Positions 1 through 7,135 of a DNA stretch of 13,323 nucleotides are shown one piece after another. The position numbers and the translations under genes were made by a program. A model generated the notes under the pieces. The model was not told the DNA's origin. It did no database searches and saw only the letters and a program-made list of their open reading frames with translations. This stretch comes from a virus. Taxonomy: Duplodnaviria; Heunggongvirae; Uroviricota; Caudoviricetes. Where the stretch lies: positions 1 to 13,323 of the IMG/VR virus record IMGVR_UViG_2565956709_000005; one strand, written 5' to 3'. Every line of letters starts with the position of its first letter. Position 1 is the first letter of the stretch.

Positions 1-1131
1 TCAAATGACCAGTTTTTTCCATTCCTTACCGCGTGCGTCGTTGTAAATATCGGTCATTTTTTGATTCGAATGGCCTAGCAAAATTTTGGTATCAACCCCC
101 TGCTCTCTGAACAATCGCTCTGATAAAGATCTCTGCTCATGGAAAGAGGGTGGGGTGCCATTAGCACGCCAGTTGTAATCCACAGAATCCCGGGCTTTTT
201 TAAATGCAACGGTTAATGTTGCTGGCTTAACCATCCCGCCGCGCTTAGCTGTCCCTTTCGCGTGATGGTGGTGCAATAGCCACGGACTAAGAACGCAATC
301 GCGGCAGGATGACACTACATCATCCAGGGTGAGATTTAATTTATCGCAACGCAGAGCCAGAGGGATGGCAATCCGGGTTCCTGTTTTTTGCTGTTCGACA
401 TGAAGATAACCATCCCGGATATCCGAAAATTGCATTTTGCAAATATCTGAAAGGCGCTGGCCTGTCATCAGTGCCAGCAGCATACCGCGCTGTAAAAAGT
501 AACCATCCTTTTCCGCTGCGTTATAAATCATCATCCACTCATCAAAAGTCAGTCGCTGTCTTGATATCCGCACCTGCGGTTTTTTTGCCGATTCTGCAGG
601 GTTAAAGCCTGGCGGGACATCGCCCGTTTGCTGAGCTTCCCGGAAAACATCGATCAGTACTTTCCTGAAAATTTGTCCCATTCTGTTATGTCCTCTGGCC
701 TTGTACTCTTCCAGTACTGATACCACATCTTTTACGGTTATGGCATCTAACGGTCTGGTGCCAAAACGTTCATCAAATACCCTGAGAGGGGCCGCTTTCT
801 GTTTCAGCGTGTTGAGTTTGATCTCGCCGTTTTCATATCTTTCCTGTTGAATTTTTCTGTAATTATTCAGAAAAATGGTAACGGTTGATGAACCGCCGGT
901 ATCACTAATAATTTTCTCCTGCAGACTGAGCATTTGTTCCATTTGCTGCCGGGCAAGACGGCTGTTCGCTTCTGCTGCAATAGTTTCTGCCAGTTTCTGG
1001 TCAATACTGCCGAGACCGTGATTTTTGCCTGTTATGGGATGCCTGTAACGCCAGTAAACTTTGTTATTTCTTTTGTCAAAATACGGAGATAATCCCGGAA
1101 CATCGGTTTTATATTTTCGCGGGCGCGCCAT
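1..1131 (-). CDS. int: Phage tyrosine integrase (lambda Int-like site-specific recombinase), 376 aa, complete; stop codon at positions 1-3
   Basis: Full-length ORF in track. C-terminus ...LLGHSNQKMTDIYNDARGKEWKKLVI resembles the lambda Int catalytic tail (LLGH...Y motif) as I recall it. Overlaps an excisionase-like gene by 23 nt. Family assignment from established knowledge, not a search. Confidence 0.88.
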   Translation of the reverse strand: MARPRKYKTDVPGLSPYFDKRNNKVYWRYRHPITGKNHGLGSIDQKLAETIAAEANSRLARQQMEQMLSLQEKIISDTGGSSTVTIFLNNYRKIQQERYENGEIKLNTLKQKAAPLRVFDERFGTRPLDAITVKDVVSVLEEYKARGHNRMGQIFRKVLIDVFREAQQTGDVPPGFNPAESAKKPQVRISRQRLTFDEWMMIYNAAEKDGYFLQRGMLLALMTGQRLSDICKMQFSDIRDGYLHVEQQKTGTRIAIPLALRCDKLNLTLDDVVSSCRDCVLSPWLLHHHHAKGTAKRGGMVKPATLTVAFKKARDSVDYNWRANGTPPSFHEQRSLSERLFREQGVDTKILLGHSNQKMTDIYNDARGKEWKKLVI

Positions 1132-1357
1132 CTTCCAGTATCCTCTTCAAAGCAGGGTGATCTGTGGCGATCACCTCCGGCTTGTTTACCATTCCGACAA
1201 AGCGAGCTTGCGGATCCACTCGCCAGCGTCTCCCAACTTTTTTGGGGAGAGGAAATATCATTCCGGCTTTAGCGTATTTACTTAACGTACTCGGAGTAGG
1301 GACCGGTTCACTGAATTCCTCTTTTGCCCACTCAGTGAGCAGAATAAGTCTTGCCAT
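1109..1357 (-). CDS. xis: Excisionase / small DNA-binding directionality factor (Xis-like), 82 aa
   Basis: Small basic ORF immediately upstream of and overlapping int on the same strand; motif ...IFPLPKKVGRRWRV... resembles the winged-helix Xis region. Synteny plus motif; not search-verified. Confidence 0.7.
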   Translation of the reverse strand: MARLILLTEWAKEEFSEPVPTPSTLSKYAKAGMIFPLPKKVGRRWRVDPQARFVGMVNKPEVIATDHPALKRILEDGAPAKI

Positions 1358-1421
1358 GAGCGTCGTTCGCTAATCATGGTCGCCGCCACTATAGCTGGTG
1401 GGCAACGACCGGGGTTGAACA

Positions 1422-3893
1422 TTAAAAATCAGCCTGATTCGGGATCAGTTTTTGCCAGATAACTGAAACGTATTTTGCCTGGTAACGGGCGTCATCAAGT
1501 GCATTATGGCGCTCACCTTCGAATGGAATAGCCGTTCTGGCATCGAAGTCTATGGCTTTCCCCAGCTCAACGATTGTGCGTACATCGCGATCGTTGTAGT
1601 AACGCCATGGGCAGGGGATCCCCTGCCGTTCGTATGAACGGCGCAAAATCGTGTTGTCGAAGTTGGCTCCATTTCCCCAGACCTGAACAAAAAATTCGCC
1701 GGAGTTTTCGTCGATAAATTCCCGCAATTGCAGCAGTGCATCATCTAACGGGATTTCATCGGTCAGAATGGCAGATTGCGCCTCCCGTGATTGCTTAAGC
1801 CACCATTTAATGGTGCCACGATCAATGACTCCGCCAGCAGTATCCATATCGATGGTCTTACTAAATTCCGGCCCCATATCTCCGGTTTGCGGATCGAAAA
1901 ATATTGCACCTATTGAGATAAGCGGGGCATCGGGATTTTTTCCCATGGTTTCAAGGTTGATCATCATGTGGTGCCACATTCTGCTGGTGGATGTGATAAC
2001 GTGATGACCGTTCATCGCAATTAAGGGATCTGCCGTCTCGCCAGTTTCACTATCGCTGGCGTGATCCTGAGCGCTACCAGCATTCTCCTTGTGTGGATGT
2101 TCAGCGCCTTCCATTTCCTTCGGATCATTTTCCTGAACTTCAACCTGATTCTCTTCATCGAATGTTTCCTGGTATGTTGCGTCGCCCATTACCGCGCCAC
2201 AATCAGGGCAGTTGCCACCACCGCTTTGACCGCAGGCGGTGCAGACTTTTTCCGGTTCCTGTTGCGCTACTGGCTCAGGTTGTTTCGTTTCTGGCTCGTT
2301 TTGTAACGCATTTGGGCTGTTTTGTTCCGCTTTCTGGCCGTTCTGTTCCGTTTCTTGTTGGTTCTGATTCACTGAATCGCGGGTTTCAATCCCCTTCACC
2401 CATTTCGGATCATTCGGGTCGCTAATCCCTGCAACAAATTCACCACGTGATACAGCAAGCAACTTATTGGCGTCAGGCTGGCTGATATTGGCTGCCTGCA
2501 TAATTTTGTTTACTTCGTCAGCGGTAACTTTTACCGGCTCTGGTTGTGCGATCGTGTCAGATGCACCAGTATTTTGTTGTGAACCTGAGTATGTACTGTT
2601 TTTGCGGGCGAAATATTCTTCTTTCGTGATTTCAGTAGCCCCGGCAGCCAGCGCCTTATCCAGACCAGAAAGTTTGTTTGCGCGACCGTATTTTTCGCCA
2701 TCCTTGTCGGTGAAGAGGAAGTAGAACGGCCCTTCACGCTCTACAGATGGTTCGACTTCCACTTTGCATTCGGTTTTTTCGTTGTCCGGAATTGCCGTTT
2801 CCACTGCATCAGTTTCTGGTACTGGCGACGAGAGAGTATCAGTTGCGCTCTGATTTCTTCCTTCATCTTCAAACACGCCCTTTGTAGTCAGGTATTCAGT
2901 AATGTATTTGTTCAGTGCCACAGGGTCTTTGTGAATGTCGATCGGACGTTCACGGACAAGGCCAAAAATAGTCTGGCGGTCGTAGCGAAGGGCATCAGGC
3001 TGTTTGCGCATTGATGCCGAGATACGCTTCCAGTCTTCGCGGTCGTTGTCGATAACTTCATTTTTTGCCCAGCGATGGATGCTGCCGTCAATGTTTCCGG
3101 CATCCACATCACCAGGCCAGAGAGCGTAGGCCAGTTCGTCATCCAGTGTTTTCCATGTCTGCTTGTATTCGCGATGAATGGCAGCAATGACCGGGCTGAT
3201 TTTTCCTGTTGAATTTTCAGTGTGCTGTTGATTGGTTCTGGCGCGGGCGAGATCAACAACAGACGTGTATTTTCCGGTTTCCTTGCGTTCACCTTCGCGA
3301 CGTTTTTTCCAGATGCGCATCTCTGCCTGAATTTCGGGCCATTTGGCACCAGGCTTACATTTATGCTTAACCCACCCGATGGCATGCAGCTTAAGCTCCG
3401 GATACATGGCGTTAACTTCTGGCATTTTCATCAACGCTTCAACGATATGTCCGTCGAATGTTGCCATGTCTTCCTGCAACAATTCCTGTGCGCTAATAAC
3501 CATATCAACGGTGATGTTTTCACATGTGTCGAACTTAACCATGACAGCGTTCTGTACTTCAGGGGACAGCTTGTCAAAATTGACGTTCATCGGATCGGAT
3601 TCTGGTTCGACCGGAATAAAGGAAGCGGATTCCTCATCCCAGCGGTTTTCCTGCATATATTCAGCATCCCAGGAATCGAGGGCAGGGCGGGGTATACCGG
3701 GTTTATCCTCGCAGACAAGAAATTTATAAGCGCAGTCCTGAGCAGCCGGATAATGTTCCAGGAATTGCCAGTGAAATTTTGCGCGGGCGCGACGTTCATC
3801 ACCGGCTTCAATGGCAGTGGCTACAGCGACGGCACCTTCTTCCTTTATTGCCTGTTCGTCCGGAATGGCGGCGCAAATAAAGACTTTACTCAT
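1422..3893 (-). CDS. Large multidomain exonuclease, RecE / exodeoxyribonuclease VIII-like by position, 823 aa, with C-terminal DnaQ-like (DEDDh-type) 3'-5' exonuclease domain
   Basis: Long ORF with ATG at 3893 and a GAGG about 12 nt upstream. C-terminal ~180 aa carries DnaQ-family-like motifs (...VWGNGANFDNTIL... and ...HNALDDARYQ...). Middle has a Q/E/P-rich low-complexity linker and a CxxC-x9-CxxC zinc-ribbon-like motif (CTACGQSGGGNCPDCG). Segment LLAVSRGEFVAGISDPNDPKWVKG matches my unverified recollection of E. coli RecE. Sits where lambdoid phages carry exo/recE, directly upstream of xis-int. Confidence 0.6.
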   Translation of the reverse strand: MSKVFICAAIPDEQAIKEEGAVAVATAIEAGDERRARAKFHWQFLEHYPAAQDCAYKFLVCEDKPGIPRPALDSWDAEYMQENRWDEESASFIPVEPESDPMNVNFDKLSPEVQNAVMVKFDTCENITVDMVISAQELLQEDMATFDGHIVEALMKMPEVNAMYPELKLHAIGWVKHKCKPGAKWPEIQAEMRIWKKRREGERKETGKYTSVVDLARARTNQQHTENSTGKISPVIAAIHREYKQTWKTLDDELAYALWPGDVDAGNIDGSIHRWAKNEVIDNDREDWKRISASMRKQPDALRYDRQTIFGLVRERPIDIHKDPVALNKYITEYLTTKGVFEDEGRNQSATDTLSSPVPETDAVETAIPDNEKTECKVEVEPSVEREGPFYFLFTDKDGEKYGRANKLSGLDKALAAGATEITKEEYFARKNSTYSGSQQNTGASDTIAQPEPVKVTADEVNKIMQAANISQPDANKLLAVSRGEFVAGISDPNDPKWVKGIETRDSVNQNQQETEQNGQKAEQNSPNALQNEPETKQPEPVAQQEPEKVCTACGQSGGGNCPDCGAVMGDATYQETFDEENQVEVQENDPKEMEGAEHPHKENAGSAQDHASDSETGETADPLIAMNGHHVITSTSRMWHHMMINLETMGKNPDAPLISIGAIFFDPQTGDMGPEFSKTIDMDTAGGVIDRGTIKWWLKQSREAQSAILTDEIPLDDALLQLREFIDENSGEFFVQVWGNGANFDNTILRRSYERQGIPCPWRYYNDRDVRTIVELGKAIDFDARTAIPFEGERHNALDDARYQAKYVSVIWQKLIPNQADF

Positions 3894-3988
3894 TTTGTTT
3901 TAACCTCATTACAGATTTCAGGGTGAACGAATCCCTGCCATTGCTGGCATTTTTAATCCGTTGGTATGGCGTTAATATGGCTGGCGGG

Positions 3989-4177
3989 TTATCCAGCCGG
4001 TATTTCGTTATTCAGGTTCAGCGATACTTTTTTTAACGGGAGGCATTCACCGGGGATTTTTTGTTCGTCCCTTACCTGAATGCAGGATGACTTACTGTCA
4101 TAAATTCCGGTAATCACATTTTGTGGCTCACCCGTTATAAGAAAAACGGTCATCACCAGTGCAAATGCTGAAGTCAC
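3989..4177 (-). CDS. Small protein with N-terminal hydrophobic segment (predicted single transmembrane helix or signal anchor), 62 aa, unknown function
   Basis: ORF in track. N-terminus MTSAFALVMTVFLITG is hydrophobic. Start overlaps the stop of the upstream ORF in an ATGA arrangement (4174-4177). Lies in a visibly AT-rich segment. Confidence 0.5.
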   Translation of the reverse strand: MTSAFALVMTVFLITGEPQNVITGIYDSKSSCIQVRDEQKIPGECLPLKKVSLNLNNEIPAG

Positions 4178-4362
4178 TGCTGTTCTCCGATAATACCAAG
4201 TTCAAGAAGGGCAATTCTGGAAAGTATGGAATTATCATTGAGAAGATAAGGTTCATATTTTCTCATCTTAATGGCATCTTCCGTAAACTCCCGGTTACTG
4301 AGCAGAACACCAATATCAAAACAACCTTCAGACGTATTAACGTTTGGTAATAACGTTTCCAT
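4174..4362 (-). CDS. Small hypothetical protein, 62 aa from ATG 4362 (ORF track gives a 97-aa version from 4467)
   Basis: The internal ATG at 4362 is preceded by GAGGA with a 7-nt spacer; I saw no comparable ribosome-binding site at 4467. Translationally coupled to the downstream 62-aa membrane protein ORF. Confidence 0.45.
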   Translation of the reverse strand: METLLPNVNTSEGCFDIGVLLSNREFTEDAIKMRKYEPYLLNDNSILSRIALLELGIIGEQQ

Positions 4363-4927
4363 TATCGCGTCCTCAACAATGAATTTTGTGATGCGGTGCC
4401 TGGTGCCTCCAGGTGACGTTAACCAGTTAACAATTAACGCCGGATACAGAGAATCCACCCATAACACTGTTTTTGGTTTTAACTGTTCCGCGTGCGCTCA
4501 GCCGCATTCACCACATCACAAAATTCACTTTAAAAAGGGCGGCAGAGCAGTCACGGAGTAAAACTGATACCGCCAAACGTCACCAGAAAATTGATAACAG
4601 AGGGCGTTGCAGCGGAGTTGTCACTTAAGCGTATGGTCAACCTGACAACCCGGTGTCCTCAACGGAGGAAGGAATAACCCCGCCATACTTACCGCCGCGC
4701 CATTTCGCGGAGTGCCACAACCGGAAGCGCACGGTCGAACTAAATTTAACGACACCGTACAGAGAGACCAATTTCGCCGTGCGCTTTCGCTTTATGCCCT
4801 GACTTTTCAGGGACATATCCTTTCAGTAAACTGTCAGTGCCGGATGTTCACCCGTGTCCGGCGCACGCACTCCACCTGACCCGTGGAGAACTCCTTAATT
4901 ACCAACCTTAGCTTCGTTGGTTAGCTA

Positions 4928-5146
4928 TTAACGCGGGTATGTAACCATTCTGGCAATGCTTAATGCCGCTGCTTTTTCCAGCCTGGTGATATCCTGCTCC
5001 AGAGCGGACAGATTTTCAGCCTGCTTAGTCCTGGCTTCATTGGCCCATTTCAGATCCTGCGCTGCATTAATTTTCTGGCGCATCCACTCATAAAGTTCAT
5101 CATCGGTATAGTCTGGCGCGATGATGACGGGTTCTCGTTTCTGCAT
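4928..5146 (-). CDS. Small early-left protein, 72 aa, predicted helical; unknown function (positional analogue of kil/cIII-type small early genes)
   Basis: ORF in track; same strand and operon as neighbours. No recognisable motif. Confidence 0.5.
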   Translation of the reverse strand: MQKREPVIIAPDYTDDELYEWMRQKINAAQDLKWANEARTKQAENLSALEQDITRLEKAAALSIARMVTYPR

Positions 5147-5175
5147 ACTGATTCCTCGCGGTGCTGCTTCGCTTA

Positions 5176-5304
5176 TCAGCCGTTAGATTTTGCCGAGCTG
5201 GAAAGCGCCTGTTTAAACTCACTGAAGCTGAGAGCTTCTTCGCCTTCGGCAAGGCCTTCGAAGTATTCTTCGTAAGCCTTTTCCATGATTGTGTCGAAAT
5301 CCAT
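5176..5304 (-). CDS. Small acidic protein, 42 aa from ATG 5304 (56 aa if ATG 5346 is used); absent from the ORF track (below 60 aa)
   Basis: Hand-translated on the minus strand: MDFDTIMEKAYEEYFEGLAEGEEALSFSEFKQALSSSAKSNG. The ATG sits 2 nt after the stop of the upstream 78-aa ORF, with GGTGAG just upstream. Confidence 0.35.
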   Translation of the reverse strand: MDFDTIMEKAYEEYFEGLAEGEEALSFSEFKQALSSSAKSNG

Positions 5305-5305
5305 A

Positions 5306-5542
5306 TCACTCACCTGAGTTTCTTTCCAGCCAGCGACGGGCACCATTTTCGGTTTTAAACGTTTTGCTTTTGGTATACGTCATTGCGGTGAACGTGCCGT
5401 CCTGGTTGGGGAACACGCCACATACCAGAGATTCGCTGTTGCCAAGATCGATAGTATCCATGCTGACCTCATTTCCCCTTAACGCCGGGGGAGCGGAACA
5501 AAAACCTGCTGCATAGTTATTAAAGTTGAACCCTGCCGTCAT
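5306..5542 (-). CDS. First gene of the leftward early operon, 78 aa, unknown function
   Basis: ORF in track. GAGG lies 8 nt upstream of the ATG on the minus strand. About 95 nt downstream of the predicted P_L -10 element. Confidence 0.55.
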   Translation of the reverse strand: MTAGFNFNNYAAGFCSAPPALRGNEVSMDTIDLGNSESLVCGVFPNQDGTFTAMTYTKSKTFKTENGARRWLERNSGE

Positions 5543-5642
5543 GTTCTTACGCCTCGGGCTGGCTACTTAACCCCTGACCACTGCCTGGTAACTCGAGGTA
5601 TTGCCCTGTATTGTGTGGGACGGGATGGGTTGGTATGGGAAA

Positions 5643-5686
5643 ACTATAGGAAATGCCTAATTACTTGTCAATAGGCTATGCCTAAT
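5643..5686 (-). promoter_or_regulatory. Predicted leftward early promoter P_L with two operator sites (O_L)
   Basis: On the minus strand: -35 TTGACA (5671..5666), 17-bp spacer, -10 TATAGT (5648..5643). Two 17-bp dyad sites of the form ATTAGGC-N3-GCCTAAT at 5670-5686 and 5645-5661, centres 25 bp apart. Shares a 23-bp exact inverted repeat with the O_R region. Confidence 0.5.
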
Positions 5687-5779
5687 AATTTGGGCGCGAC
5701 CTAATAGGTGATGGTTTGTGGGAGAGGTAGTAGGAGTTAACTAACGGGAACTAGGAATTTCCCGTCGGACCATATAAGT

Positions 5780-6256
5780 TTAAGTTCCTGTCTTGGTGAT
5801 GTTCTGGCTTTTCCGTTTTGATTCTTGATTTTTCAGATAGTTAGCTACCTTCATTTCCATTGCGGCAATGTAGGCGCGAACGTCATGATCAACCCAACTA
5901 GGCTCCGTAGCATTTCCAGATAAGAGGAAAGCCACAATTGCTCTTTTTTCATCAGAGGCGGCTTGATAAAGGCTGTTTATGTCTAAAAGTTCACTTTTTG
6001 TATCTGAAGTGGATGGGGTTGGTATGGGGTATTCGTTAAGCCCCCAATGCTCTGGACCAACCACATCAGAAAAGAAACGCCATAGTTCTGGAAGTTTGTC
6101 TTTACTTATCGAACCTTTCTTAATCCAGTCATGGATTGATGGTGGTTGGACTTTGAAATGACGTGCGATTTCCGCCTTTGATTTGACGGCTCCTGATGCA
6201 ATTTTTTTGTTAATGGCCTGCTCAATCGCTCGGCCTAAGTCTTTACCACTAAGCAT
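5780..6256 (-). CDS. racR: Prophage repressor with HTH DNA-binding domain, RacR-like, 158 aa
   Basis: ORF in track, divergent from a cro/ydaS-like gene. HTH-like segment SKAEIARHFKVQPPSIHDWIKKG. Resemblance to E. coli Rac RacR (also 158 aa) is from memory, not a search. Confidence 0.75.
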   Translation of the reverse strand: MLSGKDLGRAIEQAINKKIASGAVKSKAEIARHFKVQPPSIHDWIKKGSISKDKLPELWRFFSDVVGPEHWGLNEYPIPTPSTSDTKSELLDINSLYQAASDEKRAIVAFLLSGNATEPSWVDHDVRAYIAAMEMKVANYLKNQESKRKSQNITKTGT

Positions 6257-6283
6257 TGCTTAATAGTCTCCTATGCGCATCGC

Positions 6284-6353
6284 GTTAGGCAATCCCTACT
6301 CTCGATGTATTAGGCATAGCCTATTGACAATTGCATTAGGCTAAGCCTAATAT
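6284..6353 (+). promoter_or_regulatory. Predicted rightward early promoter P_R with operator sites (O_R) between the repressor and cro-like genes
   Basis: -35 TTGACA (6324-6329), 18-bp spacer, -10 TAATAT (6348-6353). Perfect 17-bp palindrome ATTAGGCTAAGCCTAAT at 6335-6351, near-palindrome ATTAGGCATAGCCTATT at 6309-6325, and a degenerate third site at 6284-6300. Site centres are 25-26 bp apart. Confidence 0.55.
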
Positions 6354-6380
6354 TGTTGCGTGTTTTTTGGAGTTCATTCG

Positions 6381-6704
6381 ATGAAAAAAGATAACTATTC
6401 ATTCAAACGAGCTTGTGCTGTTGTCGGTGGGCAATCAGCAATGGCTAGGCTTTTAGGTGTATCTCCTCCAAGCGTAAATCAATGGATCAAAGGTGTACGT
6501 CAGTTGCCTGCTGAGAGATGTCCTGCGATTGAACGAGCAACAAAAGGTGGTGTCCTGTGTGAAGAACTTCGTCCTGATGTTGATTGGACATACTTACGAC
6601 GCTCGTCATGTTATTCGCAGAATATGTCGATGAAGCAACCAAATGACGAAAACGATCATACCCGAAGCATCAAGAGGCAAATGATTCATGAAAATCAAAC
6701 ATGA
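6381..6704 (+). CDS. ydaS: Cro-like HTH regulator, YdaS-like, 107 aa from ATG 6381
   Basis: GGAG lies 9 nt upstream of ATG 6381 (track starts at GTG 6360). HTH segment GGQSAMARLLGVSPPSVNQWIKG. Start matches my recollection of Rac YdaS (MKK.NYSFK.ACAVVGGQSAMARLLGV...), unverified. Confidence 0.7.
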   Translation: MKKDNYSFKRACAVVGGQSAMARLLGVSPPSVNQWIKGVRQLPAERCPAIERATKGGVLCEELRPDVDWTYLRRSSCYSQNMSMKQPNDENDHTRSIKRQMIHENQT

Positions 6705-7113
6705 GCACATCCGCATGGCGATGAATGCTTGGGCATACCCTGATGGTGAGAAAGTTCCTGCAGCTGAAATAGCCCGGACTTATTTCGAACTGGGGATGAC
6801 GTTCCCTGAACTGTACGACGACAGCCATCCGGAAGCCCTGGCCCGTAATACACAGAAAATTTTCCGTTGGCTGGATAAAGACACCCCTGATGCTGTTGAA
6901 AAAATTCAGGCTCTGTTACCGGCGATCGAAAAGGCAATGCCGCCTCTGCTGGTGGCCCGTATGCGCAGTCACAGCTCTGAGTATTACCGGGAGATTGTCG
7001 AACGGCGGGATCGGCTGGTGAAGGATGTCGACGATTTTGTTGCGTCAGCGGTTGTTTTGTATGACCAGATGAATCGCGGCGGCCCGGCAGGGAATGCTGT
7101 GGTGATGCACTAA
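6688..7113 (+). CDS. ydaT: YdaT-like protein (toxic partner of YdaS in Rac, kept silent by RacR), 141 aa
   Basis: ORF in track; overlaps ydaS-like stop by 17 nt; begins MKIKHEHI as I recall for YdaT. Mostly synteny-based. Confidence 0.6.
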   Translation: MKIKHEHIRMAMNAWAYPDGEKVPAAEIARTYFELGMTFPELYDDSHPEALARNTQKIFRWLDKDTPDAVEKIQALLPAIEKAMPPLLVARMRSHSSEYYREIVERRDRLVKDVDDFVASAVVLYDQMNRGGPAGNAVVMH

Positions 7114-7135
7114 AAGCACGGTGTTCGGGGGTTTT

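Noticed and set aside
1061-1373. Plus-strand ORFs 1061-1285 and 1164-1373
   Set aside because: Antisense to the int/xis overlap region; xis and int explain the coding signal.
3222-3926. 234-aa plus-strand ORF, with other plus-strand ORFs across 1768-3729
   Set aside because: Lie entirely antisense to the long exonuclease gene; odd composition (F/C/H-rich), no ribosome-binding site or operon context. Treated as shadow ORFs.
4159-4561. Plus-strand ORFs 4159-4350 (63 aa) and 4271-4561 (96 aa)
   Set aside because: Opposite strand to the surrounding operon. The minus-strand ORFs have better ribosome-binding sites and an ATGA coupling. Not fully excluded in this AT-rich segment.
5744-5763. Hairpin ACGGGAA...TTCCCGT just downstream of the repressor stop, as a possible terminator
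   Set aside because: No convincing U-run follows it on the minus strand; may be a regulatory dyad or coincidence.
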